Below, piece after piece: positions 1 to 8,701 of a stretch of DNA of 32,000 nucleotides. The position numbers and the translations under genes were made by a program. The notes under the pieces were generated by a model. The model ran no database searches, was not told the DNA's origin, and worked only from the letters and a program-made list of their open reading frames with translations. Each line of letters begins with the position of its first letter. Positions within the stretch are counted from its first letter, which is position 1. The stretch comes from Alkalilimnicola ehrlichii MLHE-1. Lineage in GTDB: Bacteria > Pseudomonadota > Gammaproteobacteria > Nitrococcales > Halorhodospiraceae. Where the stretch lies: contig NC_008340.1 in the NCBI RefSeq assembly GCF_000014785.1, forward strand, positions 2,190,001 through 2,222,000. Direction: 5' to 3'.

Positions 1-689
1 TAGAAGGCCCGGGCGGTCTCCCCCGCCCCTTTCACCAGGGCCATGCGCTGGCGCAGAGGCTCGTGGTGATCTTCCGGGATGAGCGCCCAGTCGGAGCGCC
101 GGTCCAGGGAGGGCGCCAGGGCCAGCGACCAGGCCACGATGCCGCCATCGGCGTCGGGTGACAAGGCGAACTGGGCGGCCTGGGAGACATTCTCGCCGAA
201 CACCAGGTGCGGCTGGATGACCTCCCACAGGCCCGCGGACTGCAGCGCCTGCTTGGCGGCCACGCCGTAGGGGGCGTGCTCGGGGTTGGCGATGGCGAAG
301 CGGCGGATCTCGCCGGCCTCCAGGGCCCCGGCCAGGGCGGCCAGCCCCGCCTCCGGGTCCAGCGACGCGCCCTGACGGGTGATGAGCACCACCCGGCCAA
401 CCGCGTAGAGGTCACCGGCATCCTCCAGGTGACCGGACTCGTACAGGGCCTCCACATAGGCCTCGTCGGCGGACATGTAAAGCTCGAAGGGCGCCCCCTG
501 GGCGATCTGGCGGCGGAAGTTGCCGGAGGAGCCGAAGTTGAGCCGCACCCGCTGGCCAGTCTCTTCGGTAAAGCGCGCCGCCAGATCCTCGATAGCGAAC
601 TGCAGGTCCGAGGCCGCCGCCACCGTGGGCGGGCGCTGCGCCTGCGCCGGCCCGGTGACAAGCAGAGCGATCATCAAAAAAAGGCTCAT
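1..689 (-). CDS. modA: Molybdate ABC transporter substrate-binding protein ModA, partial (C-terminus beyond left edge)
   Basis: Reading the reverse strand from ATG at 689 gives MSLFLMIALLVTGPAQAQRPPTVAAASDLQFAIEDLAARFTEETGQRVRLNFGSSGNFRRQIAQGAPFELYMSADEAYVEALYESGHL...; signal peptide followed by the ModA hallmarks AAASDL, FGSSGN and QGAPFELYMSAD. Open to position 1, so it is absent from the supplied ORF list. Confidence 0.93.
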   Translation of the reverse strand, partial: MSLFLMIALLVTGPAQAQRPPTVAAASDLQFAIEDLAARFTEETGQRVRLNFGSSGNFRRQIAQGAPFELYMSADEAYVEALYESGHLEDAGDLYAVGRVVLITRQGASLDPEAGLAALAGALEAGEIRRFAIANPEHAPYGVAAKQALQSAGLWEVIQPHLVFGENVSQAAQFALSPDADGGIVAWSLALAPSLDRRSDWALIPEDHHEPLRQRMALVKGAGETARAF

Positions 690-835
690 CAGCCCGGCAA
701 CCCCCACCACCTGCGCAATAGCCTCCCCGCCTTGGGGTTGCCCCCTGCATGGTGATCTCGTCATTCCTTCTTTCCTCATCCAGCAAGCTTTGATCCCGAC
801 GGACAGAGCTGTTCCACAGCGCGCCACCCGACTAT

Positions 836-1624
836 TCACCCCTGACCGACGGCACGCAATACACCGTTGGCGATCGCGGCGGGCCTTTCGGCAACCCCGT
901 GCACATTGGTGCCTGCCGGCACCACCTCCACCGCTTTGCCCCCTGGGGCAACCCGGACGCCGTCACGCAGCACGCCCCGCACGATCCCGGTAACCGGGGC
1001 CCGCAACGGGCGGAGCCCCAGGTGGGCCACGGGCTCGCCGACATTCACCGGCTCACCGATTTGGCGTGCCCCCGCGATAACACCCGCGCACGGCGCATAG
1101 ACGTAGCGCTCGCGACCATAACCCTGGATCGAACGCGGCTCCCCGGCCAGCGGCCGCGTCCGACCGCGGTAAACAACCCGGCCCAGGTCTTTGCCCCAGG
1201 CAGTTTCTACGGCAACATCGACGTTCCGGCCGGCAGCAAAGTTCGGCCCCAGCCCGATCACCTGGGGCGCCAGGCCACGTTGGTCTTCGGGTTGGTCACG
1301 TTTGCGCATCCGGGCATCAACCAATAGCACAGGCTCCAGGACGGGCAGCAGTTCCTGGAGCGCGCACGCGGTTACCGCGATGAACCCACACGAGCGTCGC
1401 TGCCACCCCGGCATGCCATCAATGCAGCATGCGACCACCCCCTCGAGTTCGGATTCTCCGTCAAACAGCGCATCCGCAAACGCTTGGCCCCGCCGATGAA
1501 CGGCCGGCGCCGGGCGGTCCACCATGACGACCAAAAACCCGGCCTGATGCAGCGACAGAGCAACCGCCGACGCCACATCATTCACCCCCCTCACAATCGC
1601 CGTTCGCGTCCTTCCGTCCATCAC
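836..1624 (-). CDS. yqeB: YqeB/EF2563-family (selenium-dependent) molybdenum hydroxylase accessory protein
   Basis: 262 aa ORF; N-terminal Rossmann-like TAIVRGVNDVASAVALSLHQAGFLVVMVDRPAPAVHRRGQAFADALFDGESELEGVVA and C-terminal VYAPCAGVIAGARQIGEPVNVGEPVA resemble the EF2563/YqeB family; placed between modE and modA. Confidence 0.75.
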   Translation of the reverse strand: MMDGRTRTAIVRGVNDVASAVALSLHQAGFLVVMVDRPAPAVHRRGQAFADALFDGESELEGVVACCIDGMPGWQRRSCGFIAVTACALQELLPVLEPVLLVDARMRKRDQPEDQRGLAPQVIGLGPNFAAGRNVDVAVETAWGKDLGRVVYRGRTRPLAGEPRSIQGYGRERYVYAPCAGVIAGARQIGEPVNVGEPVAHLGLRPLRAPVTGIVRGVLRDGVRVAPGGKAVEVVPAGTNVHGVAERPAAIANGVLRAVGQG

Positions 1625-1686
1625 GGTATCCCTGCCTGTGTAGCGGACTTTGCACCCAACTCGGGGCAGGCCCGCCTCGTAGCAAC

Positions 1687-1710
1687 CGCTATGTCACATA
1701 GGACATAGCG
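1687..1710. promoter_or_regulatory. Putative ModE-box operator upstream of yqeB-modA
   Basis: CGCTATGT-CACATAGG-ACATAGCG: perfect 8-bp inverted arms with 8-nt spacer, the same architecture as the E. coli ModE site as I recall it (CGTTATAT-N8-ACATAACG); lies 63 nt upstream of the yqeB start and beside a modE-like gene. Confidence 0.72.
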
Positions 1711-1759
1711 TTAAGCAGCAATGTACCGGAAGGCTTCTGTGATTCCAAGCTCACTTCAG

Positions 1760-2173
1760 TTAGGCCCGGCGTCCGGGCTCGTGCAGCGCCAGTAAGTCCG
1801 CCAATTCCGCCTGGGCGGCCTCGCGAATTCGCGCCTCCAGCGCATCGTAGCGCTCGAGCAGGGCCTCACCCAGCGGGGTCAGGCGGGTTCCGCCGCCACC
1901 CCGGCCACCGGCAACGGTCTCGACCACGGGGTGCCCCAGCCCCTCGTTTATCGTGTTGAGCAGCATCCAGGCCCGCTTGTAGGGCATACCCATGGCCCGC
2001 GCCGCGGCAGAGATGGAGCGGTGCTCGCCCACGCAGCGCAGCAGCCGGATCTTGCCGGGCCCGAGCGAGAGCGATTCGTTGACTTTGACCCGCGGGCTTA
2101 GGATGCCTGCGTCAGGTCCCTGGGCGGGAGAGGCGTTCGATGCGTTCATGGGGCGACAGGCTACCCCAACCAC
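1760..2173 (-). CDS. modE: ModE-like molybdate-responsive transcriptional regulator (N-terminal LysR-type HTH domain only)
   Basis: 137 aa: SLGPGKIRLLRCVGEHRSISAAARAMGMPYKRAWMLLNTINEGLGHPVVETVAGGRGGGGTRLTPLGEALLERYDALE is typical of the ModE HTH (AWxLxxxxN, GGxxGGGxxLTxxG). No molybdate-binding (TOBE/mop) domain is evident. Confidence 0.88.
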   Translation of the reverse strand: MVGVACRPMNASNASPAQGPDAGILSPRVKVNESLSLGPGKIRLLRCVGEHRSISAAARAMGMPYKRAWMLLNTINEGLGHPVVETVAGGRGGGGTRLTPLGEALLERYDALEARIREAAQAELADLLALHEPGRRA

Positions 2174-2264
2174 CGAGGCGGCCCAAGCCGGAAGGGCTAG
2201 AAAAGCGGGCTCATTGAACCCCGAAATAAGGCGGTGCTACCGGGAAAAGCAGTCAGACAATGGG

Positions 2265-2546
2265 TCAGACCCGGATCACACCCGCCTTGCGCCCCCGCTC
2301 GTACTCTTGAATCTCTTTCAGCAGGCTCTCTTCCAGGGCAGCCAGCCCTTGTTCCTTATTCTTTTCGGGCGCTGACCGCTTGTTCTTTCTGGCGGCCTTT
2401 TTGGCTTCCGCTTTGGCTTTGGCCCGCTGGCCCAGTTCCTTTTCCACCTGCGCGGCGAGATCGCGCAATGCTGACAACGGCCATTTCCGGGTATCCGAGA
2501 TCCCCAGGATGGCTCCCGGTCGTTTCGCCATCGATTCCACCTCCAT
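2265..2546 (-). CDS. Small Lys/Ala/Glu-rich hypothetical protein
   Basis: 93 aa ORF MEVESMAKRPGAILGISDTRKWPLSALRDLAAQVEKELGQRAKAKAEAKKAARKNKRSAPEKNKEQGL...; start could be the internal Met (MAKRPG). Fits the gap between flanking genes. Confidence 0.5.
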   Translation of the reverse strand: MEVESMAKRPGAILGISDTRKWPLSALRDLAAQVEKELGQRAKAKAEAKKAARKNKRSAPEKNKEQGLAALEESLLKEIQEYERGRKAGVIRV

Positions 2547-2739
2547 TGAAGGATCGGCTGTGGTTAAAGACAGTGGTTAGGAAATCTGACCACAGAATGC
2601 CAAGATGGTGCCACGTTCTGCAACCTCCATTCGCATTCCGCCACGGATCGGGCGGGCAACGCTGGCATTCTCATGGGCGGAGACCTCAGACTAGGCGCCA
2701 CGGCCGGTAACGCGCAACAACCCCACCGATGGAGGTGCC

Positions 2740-4146
2740 ATGGAGCCTGAAGCAACGTCGATGGATTGGGAACGGTTGCTGAGCAAGCAACGGCTCGGGC
2801 GCCCCGACGAGGAAGGCAGTCTCGGTTTCCGCACCGATTTCCAGCGGGATTTCGACCGTATCGTCTTCTCCTCGGCCTTTCGCCGGCTGCAGGACAAGAC
2901 CCAGGTCTTCCCGCTGGCGGAGAGCGACTACGTGCGCACCCGGCTCACCCACAGCCTGGAGGTCTCCTGTGTGGGGCGCTCCCTGGGCACGCGGGTGGGC
3001 GAGGCGATCACCCGTCGCGAGGGCTACACCGAGGTGGCCCCCGGCGACATCGGCGCCATCGTGGCAGCCGCCTGCCTGGCCCACGACATCGGCAACCCGC
3101 CCTTCGGCCATGCCGGCGAGGACGCCATCCGCCACTGGGTGCGAACCAGTCCGGTGGCCCGCCGGGCGCTGGACGAGTTAAGCCCGCCACAGCGGGCGGA
3201 GTTCGAGCACTTCGAGGGCAATGCCCAGGGCTTCCGGGTGGTCACCCGGCTGCAGAACCCGGACAACCGCGGTGGTCTGCAATTGACCTACGCGACCCTC
3301 GGCGCCGCCCTGAAGTACCCCTGCCCCGCCCACGCCATCGACCCCGGCTACGGCATCAGCCGAAAGAAGTACGGCTATTTCGTCGCCGAAGCCGATCTCT
3401 TCCGCGCTGTGGCCCAGACCAACGGCCTGCTCAAGCAGGCCCCGCGCACCTACTGCCGCCACCCGCTGGCCTTCGTCATGGAGGCGGCGGATAACATCGC
3501 CTACCTGATCGTCGACTTCGAGGATGCCTTCCGGCTCGGTATCCTGGAGTACCGCACGGTGCACGATCACTTCCGCGCCCTCCTCCGAGGCAAGGACCAG
3601 GGCACGGTGGAGCGACGCCTGGCCCGGCTGCGGGACGACAAGGAGCGGGTGGAGTACCTGCGTGCGCGCGCCATCAATGAGCTGGTGGAGGCCAGCGCCC
3701 GCGCCTTCATGGATCACGAGGCGGAGATCATGACCGGTCGCTTCGAGCGGGAACTGACCGACACCCTGCCATTCAGTGAGGCCCTGCGCGCTATCGCCGG
3801 GGTGTCTCAGGAGCGGATCTACGACCACCTGGAGGTGCAGGGGGTGTGCGCGGCGGGTTACAGCGTGATCGGCGGCTTGCTGGACCTGTTTCATGAGGCG
3901 GTCCACGACACCGCCGTGGCCCTGGAGGAGGGTAAGCAGGCCCCACCGCGCTCGCGCACTGTGACCAACCTGGTGCCGGAGCAGTTCCTCTACCAGTACG
4001 ACCCCGATTCCGGCCGGCGGTATCGGGTCACCGACCCCTACCTGTTGCTGCTCAATCTCACCGACTTCATCGCCGGCATGACCGACGGCTACGCGGTCTC
4101 GCTCTACAAGAAGCTGACCGGGATGGCTCTGCCCCACCACGGCTGA
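2740..4146 (+). CDS. dgt: Deoxyguanosinetriphosphate triphosphohydrolase (dGTPase)
   Basis: 468 aa; FRTDFQRDFDRIVFSSAFRRLQDKTQVFPLAESDYVRTRLTHSLEVSCVGRSLG and AAACLAHDIGNPPFGHAGE: HD-domain dGTPase signatures. Confidence 0.95.
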   Translation: MEPEATSMDWERLLSKQRLGRPDEEGSLGFRTDFQRDFDRIVFSSAFRRLQDKTQVFPLAESDYVRTRLTHSLEVSCVGRSLGTRVGEAITRREGYTEVAPGDIGAIVAAACLAHDIGNPPFGHAGEDAIRHWVRTSPVARRALDELSPPQRAEFEHFEGNAQGFRVVTRLQNPDNRGGLQLTYATLGAALKYPCPAHAIDPGYGISRKKYGYFVAEADLFRAVAQTNGLLKQAPRTYCRHPLAFVMEAADNIAYLIVDFEDAFRLGILEYRTVHDHFRALLRGKDQGTVERRLARLRDDKERVEYLRARAINELVEASARAFMDHEAEIMTGRFERELTDTLPFSEALRAIAGVSQERIYDHLEVQGVCAAGYSVIGGLLDLFHEAVHDTAVALEEGKQAPPRSRTVTNLVPEQFLYQYDPDSGRRYRVTDPYLLLLNLTDFIAGMTDGYAVSLYKKLTGMALPHHG

Positions 4147-4155
4147 GGCGGGGCG

Positions 4156-6363
4156 TTACCGGGCGGTCGCGGCGCCGAAGGGCTCTGCCAGACGCCGGCG
4201 AAGCACCGTCAACGGCATGGGGCGGGCGAAGAAAAAGCCCTGCAGCAGGTCGCAGCCGCGATCCTGCAGGTCCCGGCGCTGGGCCTCGGTCTCGATGCCC
4301 TCGGCCACCACCGCCAGCTCCAGGTGGTGGGCCATGGTGATAACCCCCTGGACGATGGCGGCGGTGTTGCGGCTGTTGGTGACATCCTGGATAAAGCTGC
4401 GATCCAGCTTCACCTTGTCGATGGGTAAGTAACGCAGGTAGCTCAGGCTGGAAAAGCCGGTGCCGAAGTCGTCGATGGCGGCGTGGACGCCCAGCGAGCG
4501 CAGCGCCGCCAGGGTGTCGATGGTGGCCTCGGTGTCGGCCATCAGCACCCCCTCGGTCAGCTCCAGCTCCAGCGTCTCGGCGGGCAGTCCGCTCTCGCTG
4601 AGCACCTGCGCCAGGTTATCCAGAAACCCCGGACGCCGGAACTGCAGCGGCGAGATATTCACCGCCACCGGAAGGGTGCGTCCGGTGCGCGCCTTCAGAT
4701 CGGCCATGTCACGGCAGGCCCGGTGCAGGATCCAGTGCCCGATATCGATGATCTGACCGGTCTGCTCCGCCAGCGGGATGAACACCCCAGGCGGGATCAG
4801 CCCGCGTTCGGGATGTTGCCAGCGCACCAATGCCTCCACGCTGTGCAGATACCCCGTGGCCGCATCGACCACCGGCTGATAGTGCAGCATGAGCTGATCA
4901 CCGGCGATCGCCTCCTGCAGGTCGCGGCGCAGGCTGATGTCCTCGCCCTGCGCCCTGGTCCCCAACTCGCCGGCGTAGCGGCGCCAGGTGTTGCGCCCCT
5001 GCTGCTTGGCCTGCTGCATCGCCCGGTTGGCGAACTGCACCATCTCCTCCGGGCTTTTCACATCCCGGTGGTTCAGGGCGATGCCAATGCTGGCGCTGAT
5101 GTGCACCTCGTGCCGGCCCAGGCTGTGGGAGCGCTTAAACAGCGTGAGCACACGATCGGCCACCGCCAGCGCCTCCGCCTCCCCGGACAACCCGGGTAAC
5201 AGCATGACGAACTCATCACCGCCGAACCGCGACAGCGTGTCACTGGGCCCGAGCAGCCGCTCCAGGCGGCGGGCGGCGGCGACCAGCAACTGGTCGCCAA
5301 AGGCGTGGCCCAGGCTGTCATTCACCGGCTTGAAATCGTCCAGGTCGATATAGAGCACGGCCAACAGATCGTTGTGCTGGCGACACAGATAAAAGTCGTG
5401 GCGCAGCCGCGACTCAAACTCGCGGCGGTTGGGCAACCCGGTGATGGTGTCGTGGCTGGCGTAATAGGCCAGGCGCGCCTCGTATTGCTTGCGCAGGGTG
5501 ACATCACGGGCGATGCCGTAGATACCGACCACCCGGTCATCGACAATGATCGGCAGGTTGGTGATCTCCAACTCTACCTTGCTCCCATTGGCGGTCCGGG
5601 CCTGCACCTCGTAGTGCTGGGCCTTGCCGCGGCATACGGCCTCGAAGGCCGCATCGCTGCGGCGCCGGTCTTCACTGAAGACAAACGCATGGTAATGGCG
5701 TCCGAGCAGCTCGGACTCCGGCAGTCCGATCAGTCGGGTCGCGGAACGGTTGGCCGCCCGCAGCCGCCCCTCCAGGTCCACTTGGAACACCGCATCCGGG
5801 TGCTCGGTGAACAACGAGCGGTAACGCTGTTCGGCCTCCTGCAGCGCCCGCCGGTCGAGCTGGCGTTCCACCGCCAGGGCCACCAGCCCGGCGGCGCGCT
5901 GGATCTGTGCCTGATCATGCGCCGTCGGCTCGCCCGGTTGACGGTAGTAGGTGGCGAAGGTGCCCAGAAGCGCCCCGCTGCGGGCGATCACTGGCACGGA
6001 CCAACAGGCGCGCACCCCCTCGTCCCGGGCCAAATCGTGAAACCCGTTCCAGCTCCGATCCGCCATGATATCGGCGGTGGCCACCAGGCGCCGTTCGTGG
6101 GCTGCGCTGCCGCAGGTGCCGATCCCGGGGCCCACCGGGATTCCCTGCATGGCCTGACAGAAGCGCTCGGAGAAGCTGTGACCACCGCTGAGGTTGAGGG
6201 TGCGCTCTTCCGGATCGGCCAGCATGATCGAACAGAGGGCCCCTGGCAGGTGCTCCTCGATCATCCGGGTGATGGCGGCCAGGATCTCGTCGAGCGGCGC
6301 ATGCCGCGCGATCAGGTCCTGGATCGCCTGCTGGGTCTCGAGTTGTGCGCTTACGCCAGTCAC
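4156..6363 (-). CDS. GAF-PAS-GGDEF-EAL cyclic-di-GMP signalling protein
   Basis: 735 aa; N-terminal GAF-like domain, PAS (YRSLFTEHPDAVFQVDLEGRLRAANRSA), GGDEF (LSRFGGDEFVMLLPG) and EAL (VEALVRWQHPERGLIPP, DDFGTGFSSLSYL). Both catalytic signatures look intact. Confidence 0.95.
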   Translation of the reverse strand: MTGVSAQLETQQAIQDLIARHAPLDEILAAITRMIEEHLPGALCSIMLADPEERTLNLSGGHSFSERFCQAMQGIPVGPGIGTCGSAAHERRLVATADIMADRSWNGFHDLARDEGVRACWSVPVIARSGALLGTFATYYRQPGEPTAHDQAQIQRAAGLVALAVERQLDRRALQEAEQRYRSLFTEHPDAVFQVDLEGRLRAANRSATRLIGLPESELLGRHYHAFVFSEDRRRSDAAFEAVCRGKAQHYEVQARTANGSKVELEITNLPIIVDDRVVGIYGIARDVTLRKQYEARLAYYASHDTITGLPNRREFESRLRHDFYLCRQHNDLLAVLYIDLDDFKPVNDSLGHAFGDQLLVAAARRLERLLGPSDTLSRFGGDEFVMLLPGLSGEAEALAVADRVLTLFKRSHSLGRHEVHISASIGIALNHRDVKSPEEMVQFANRAMQQAKQQGRNTWRRYAGELGTRAQGEDISLRRDLQEAIAGDQLMLHYQPVVDAATGYLHSVEALVRWQHPERGLIPPGVFIPLAEQTGQIIDIGHWILHRACRDMADLKARTGRTLPVAVNISPLQFRRPGFLDNLAQVLSESGLPAETLELELTEGVLMADTEATIDTLAALRSLGVHAAIDDFGTGFSSLSYLRYLPIDKVKLDRSFIQDVTNSRNTAAIVQGVITMAHHLELAVVAEGIETEAQRRDLQDRGCDLLQGFFFARPMPLTVLRRRLAEPFGAATAR

Positions 6364-6587
6364 GGTAGCTGCTGCATCCCGGGTGGGGCCGACGAGGAGT
6401 GGCTCAGGCGGCCATCCCGGGTTTTTGCCCTTTATTTTTTATAGGTATAGCGCGAGAACACCCACGAACGAACTAGTCTCTTCGGAGTATAACACCGCAA
6501 AACCAGCAAAGATTTTCCGCCCCTGCGGCTAAAGGTTGCCGCAATTCAGCCGATCACCCGGTGGCATTTCAGCGTCCGGAGCCCGCC

Positions 6588-7652
6588 ATGCACATCGCCG
6601 AGTACAGCATCCAGATGGCCAGTCAGCGCTTGTCGTTTGAGCAACGTGAGGTCCGCGAACAGTGGGTGGCCGGGCCACCTCCCGCCGGCCCTCCCGGCCG
6701 ACCGGCAGCCCCACCCGGCCTCGCCCTGGGCCTGCGGGGCGAGGCCCCCAATGGCGCCGGAGCCGGCGCGACGGCCCCAGGCCCGACCCGCGCCCTGGCG
6801 CCGGCGGATGCCGAACCCGGCCCGCTGGATGACCTCAAGATGAACCTGCTGCGCCTGCTGGTGGAGCGCCTCACCGGCCGCAGTCTCCGGGTCATCAGCC
6901 CGCGCGACTTGGTCCCCGACACCCCGGAGGCGGACGTACCAATGCCGACCGGCTCGGCGCAGCCGGGCACCCCTAATCGCAGCGGCTGGGGCGTGGCCTA
7001 TGAGTACCACGAGCGCCGGGTAGAGGTGGAGAGCACGCGGTTCCAGGCCAGCGGCACGATCCACACCGCCGATGGCCAACGCATCGACCTGGCAGTGGAA
7101 CTGGACATGTCCCGGGCCCTTATGGAGGAGACACGCCTCAGCGTGCAGACGGGCGCGCAGCGGTTGCACGACCCATTGGTCATCAATTTTGACGGCAACG
7201 CCGCAGAGCTTACAGAGACCCGGTTCCGGTTCGATCTGGATGCCGATGGCCAGGAACAGCAGATCGCCTTCCTCCAGCCCGGCAGTGGCTTTTTGGCCAT
7301 CGACCGCTCGGGCAGCGGCCGGGTGGATAACGGCGGTGAGCTGTTCGGGCCGCTCACCGGCGACGGGTTTGCCGAGCTGCGCGCCTACGACGACGATCGC
7401 AATGGCTGGATCGACGCCGATGACGCCGTCTATGACCGCCTCCGGGTCTGGACCCGCGACGCGGAGGGCAACGATCACCTGCTGGCGCTGGGCGAGGTGG
7501 GCGTGGGCGCGATCTATCTGGGCCACGTGAGCACGCCGTTCGACCTGAGAAGCGGTGCCAATCAGCTTCAGGGCCATATTCAGAGCACCGGGCTATGGGT
7601 GGGTGACTCCGGCCGCGCCGGCACCGTGCAGCACGTGGACCTGGCCGTCTGA
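6588..7652 (+). CDS. Conserved hypothetical protein with EF-hand-like/Ca-binding C-terminal region
   Basis: ORF 6561..7652; likely start at internal Met (MHIAEYSIQMASQRLSFEQ). Contains DLDADGQEQQIAFLQPGSGFLAIDRSGSGRVDNGGELFGPLTGDGFAELRAYDDDRNGWIDADDAVYDRLRVW, with DxDxDG / DDDRNGWID loops. Confidence 0.75.
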   Translation: MHIAEYSIQMASQRLSFEQREVREQWVAGPPPAGPPGRPAAPPGLALGLRGEAPNGAGAGATAPGPTRALAPADAEPGPLDDLKMNLLRLLVERLTGRSLRVISPRDLVPDTPEADVPMPTGSAQPGTPNRSGWGVAYEYHERRVEVESTRFQASGTIHTADGQRIDLAVELDMSRALMEETRLSVQTGAQRLHDPLVINFDGNAAELTETRFRFDLDADGQEQQIAFLQPGSGFLAIDRSGSGRVDNGGELFGPLTGDGFAELRAYDDDRNGWIDADDAVYDRLRVWTRDAEGNDHLLALGEVGVGAIYLGHVSTPFDLRSGANQLQGHIQSTGLWVGDSGRAGTVQHVDLAV

Positions 7653-7672
7653 GGACGGCGGCCTGCGGGGGC

Positions 7673-8053
7673 TCAGAGTGGCGGGCGGCCCACTGCATGG
7701 GCCTTGAGGTCCTTTAACGAGACCACTCGCAGCGCGGACTCGTGGGTGGCCTCCAGGATCACCGGCGGGGCACACCCCGCATGGCAGGCCTCGTCCCAGC
7801 GGGCGGCGCAAAGGCACCAGCGGTCGCCCGCCTGCAGCCCCGGAAAGCCCAGCTCCGGCCGGGGGGTCTGCAGGTCGTTACCGCGGCGCCGGGAGAAGGC
7901 CAGAAAGTCATCGGTCAGCAGCGCACACACCACATGCAGCCCCTCGTCAGAGACGTCGGTGTGGCAATAGCCGTCGCGGTAGTAGCCGGTCATGGGATCC
8001 CGACAGCACGCCTCCAGGGGCGTGCCCAGTACGTTCAGGGCGTCGCTGCTCAT
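7673..8053 (-). CDS. DUF2237 family protein
   Basis: From ATG at 8053: MSSDALNVLGTPLEACCRDPMTGYYRDGYCHTDVSDEGLHVVCALLTDDFLAFSRRRGNDLQTPRPELGFPGLQAGDRWCLCAARW, the family's characteristic NDLxTPRPEFGFPGLxxGDRWCLCAxRW motif. Confidence 0.85.
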   Translation of the reverse strand: MSSDALNVLGTPLEACCRDPMTGYYRDGYCHTDVSDEGLHVVCALLTDDFLAFSRRRGNDLQTPRPELGFPGLQAGDRWCLCAARWDEACHAGCAPPVILEATHESALRVVSLKDLKAHAVGRPPL

Positions 8054-8189
8054 GGACGGACCTCGGTTGCCAGTGCCGATAGCCCCGACCCCCGCGGGGA
8101 CCGGCGCTGGCCCTATAATAGTACCCCAAGCGCCGACGGCACAGCCCGCCCGGATTGCAGGGCGGCCTACCCGGGTCCGTTGGTGGGGC

Positions 8190-8576
8190 TTAAGCCGCAC
8201 TCCCCTGCAAACGGTCTACCAGCACCGGGAAGATCCGCTCAGCGGCCTCCTCCGACCACGGTTGGCGGTACTTCTTCCGGATCCCGTAATCGGTCAGCAA
8301 CTCATGCCAGGTGGGGGTCACATCGTGCCGCGCCAGGCAGTTGCGCACGCACTGCAGTTGGCAGCCATCCAGTGCCAGGATTGGCCGGCCCGAGCGAGCC
8401 TGTTTGACCAGTGGCGCCACATCACCCCCGACACCGGCGATACAGGACATTTCCGCCACGCCCGCTGTTTGCAGGCGCAAGGCCAGTTGGTTGGCCAGTT
8501 GCGCTACGCTGGAGCAGCCGGAGCAGGCGTAGACCAACGGTCCACGGGAGTTCGATACTGTCATGGGGCCTCGCAC
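8190..8576 (-). CDS. Putative zinc-binding protein (DGC domain family)
   Basis: LVYACSGCSSVAQLANQLALRL, MSCIAGVGGDVAPLVKQARSGRPILALDGCQLQCVRNCL; cysteine pattern and DGC motif. Start may be internal MTVSNSRG (8564). Confidence 0.78.
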   Translation of the reverse strand: MRGPMTVSNSRGPLVYACSGCSSVAQLANQLALRLQTAGVAEMSCIAGVGGDVAPLVKQARSGRPILALDGCQLQCVRNCLARHDVTPTWHELLTDYGIRKKYRQPWSEEAAERIFPVLVDRLQGSAA

Positions 8577-8701
8577 TTCAATGCAGGATGAACCTGGCGG
8601 GCAGCCTGCCGCCCGCCCCGCTGTTCTGCCTTGATGGAAGGCAAGGAAACAATGCCCTTTTATTGCCCCTTTCTGGTGGAGGCCGTAACGTCTGACCCAC
8701 C

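Noticed and set aside
32-755. Plus-strand ORFs 32..661 and 207..755
   Set aside because: Arg/Pro/Ser-rich shadow frames; the reverse strand encodes a clear ModA that is not listed in the ORF track because it runs off the edge.
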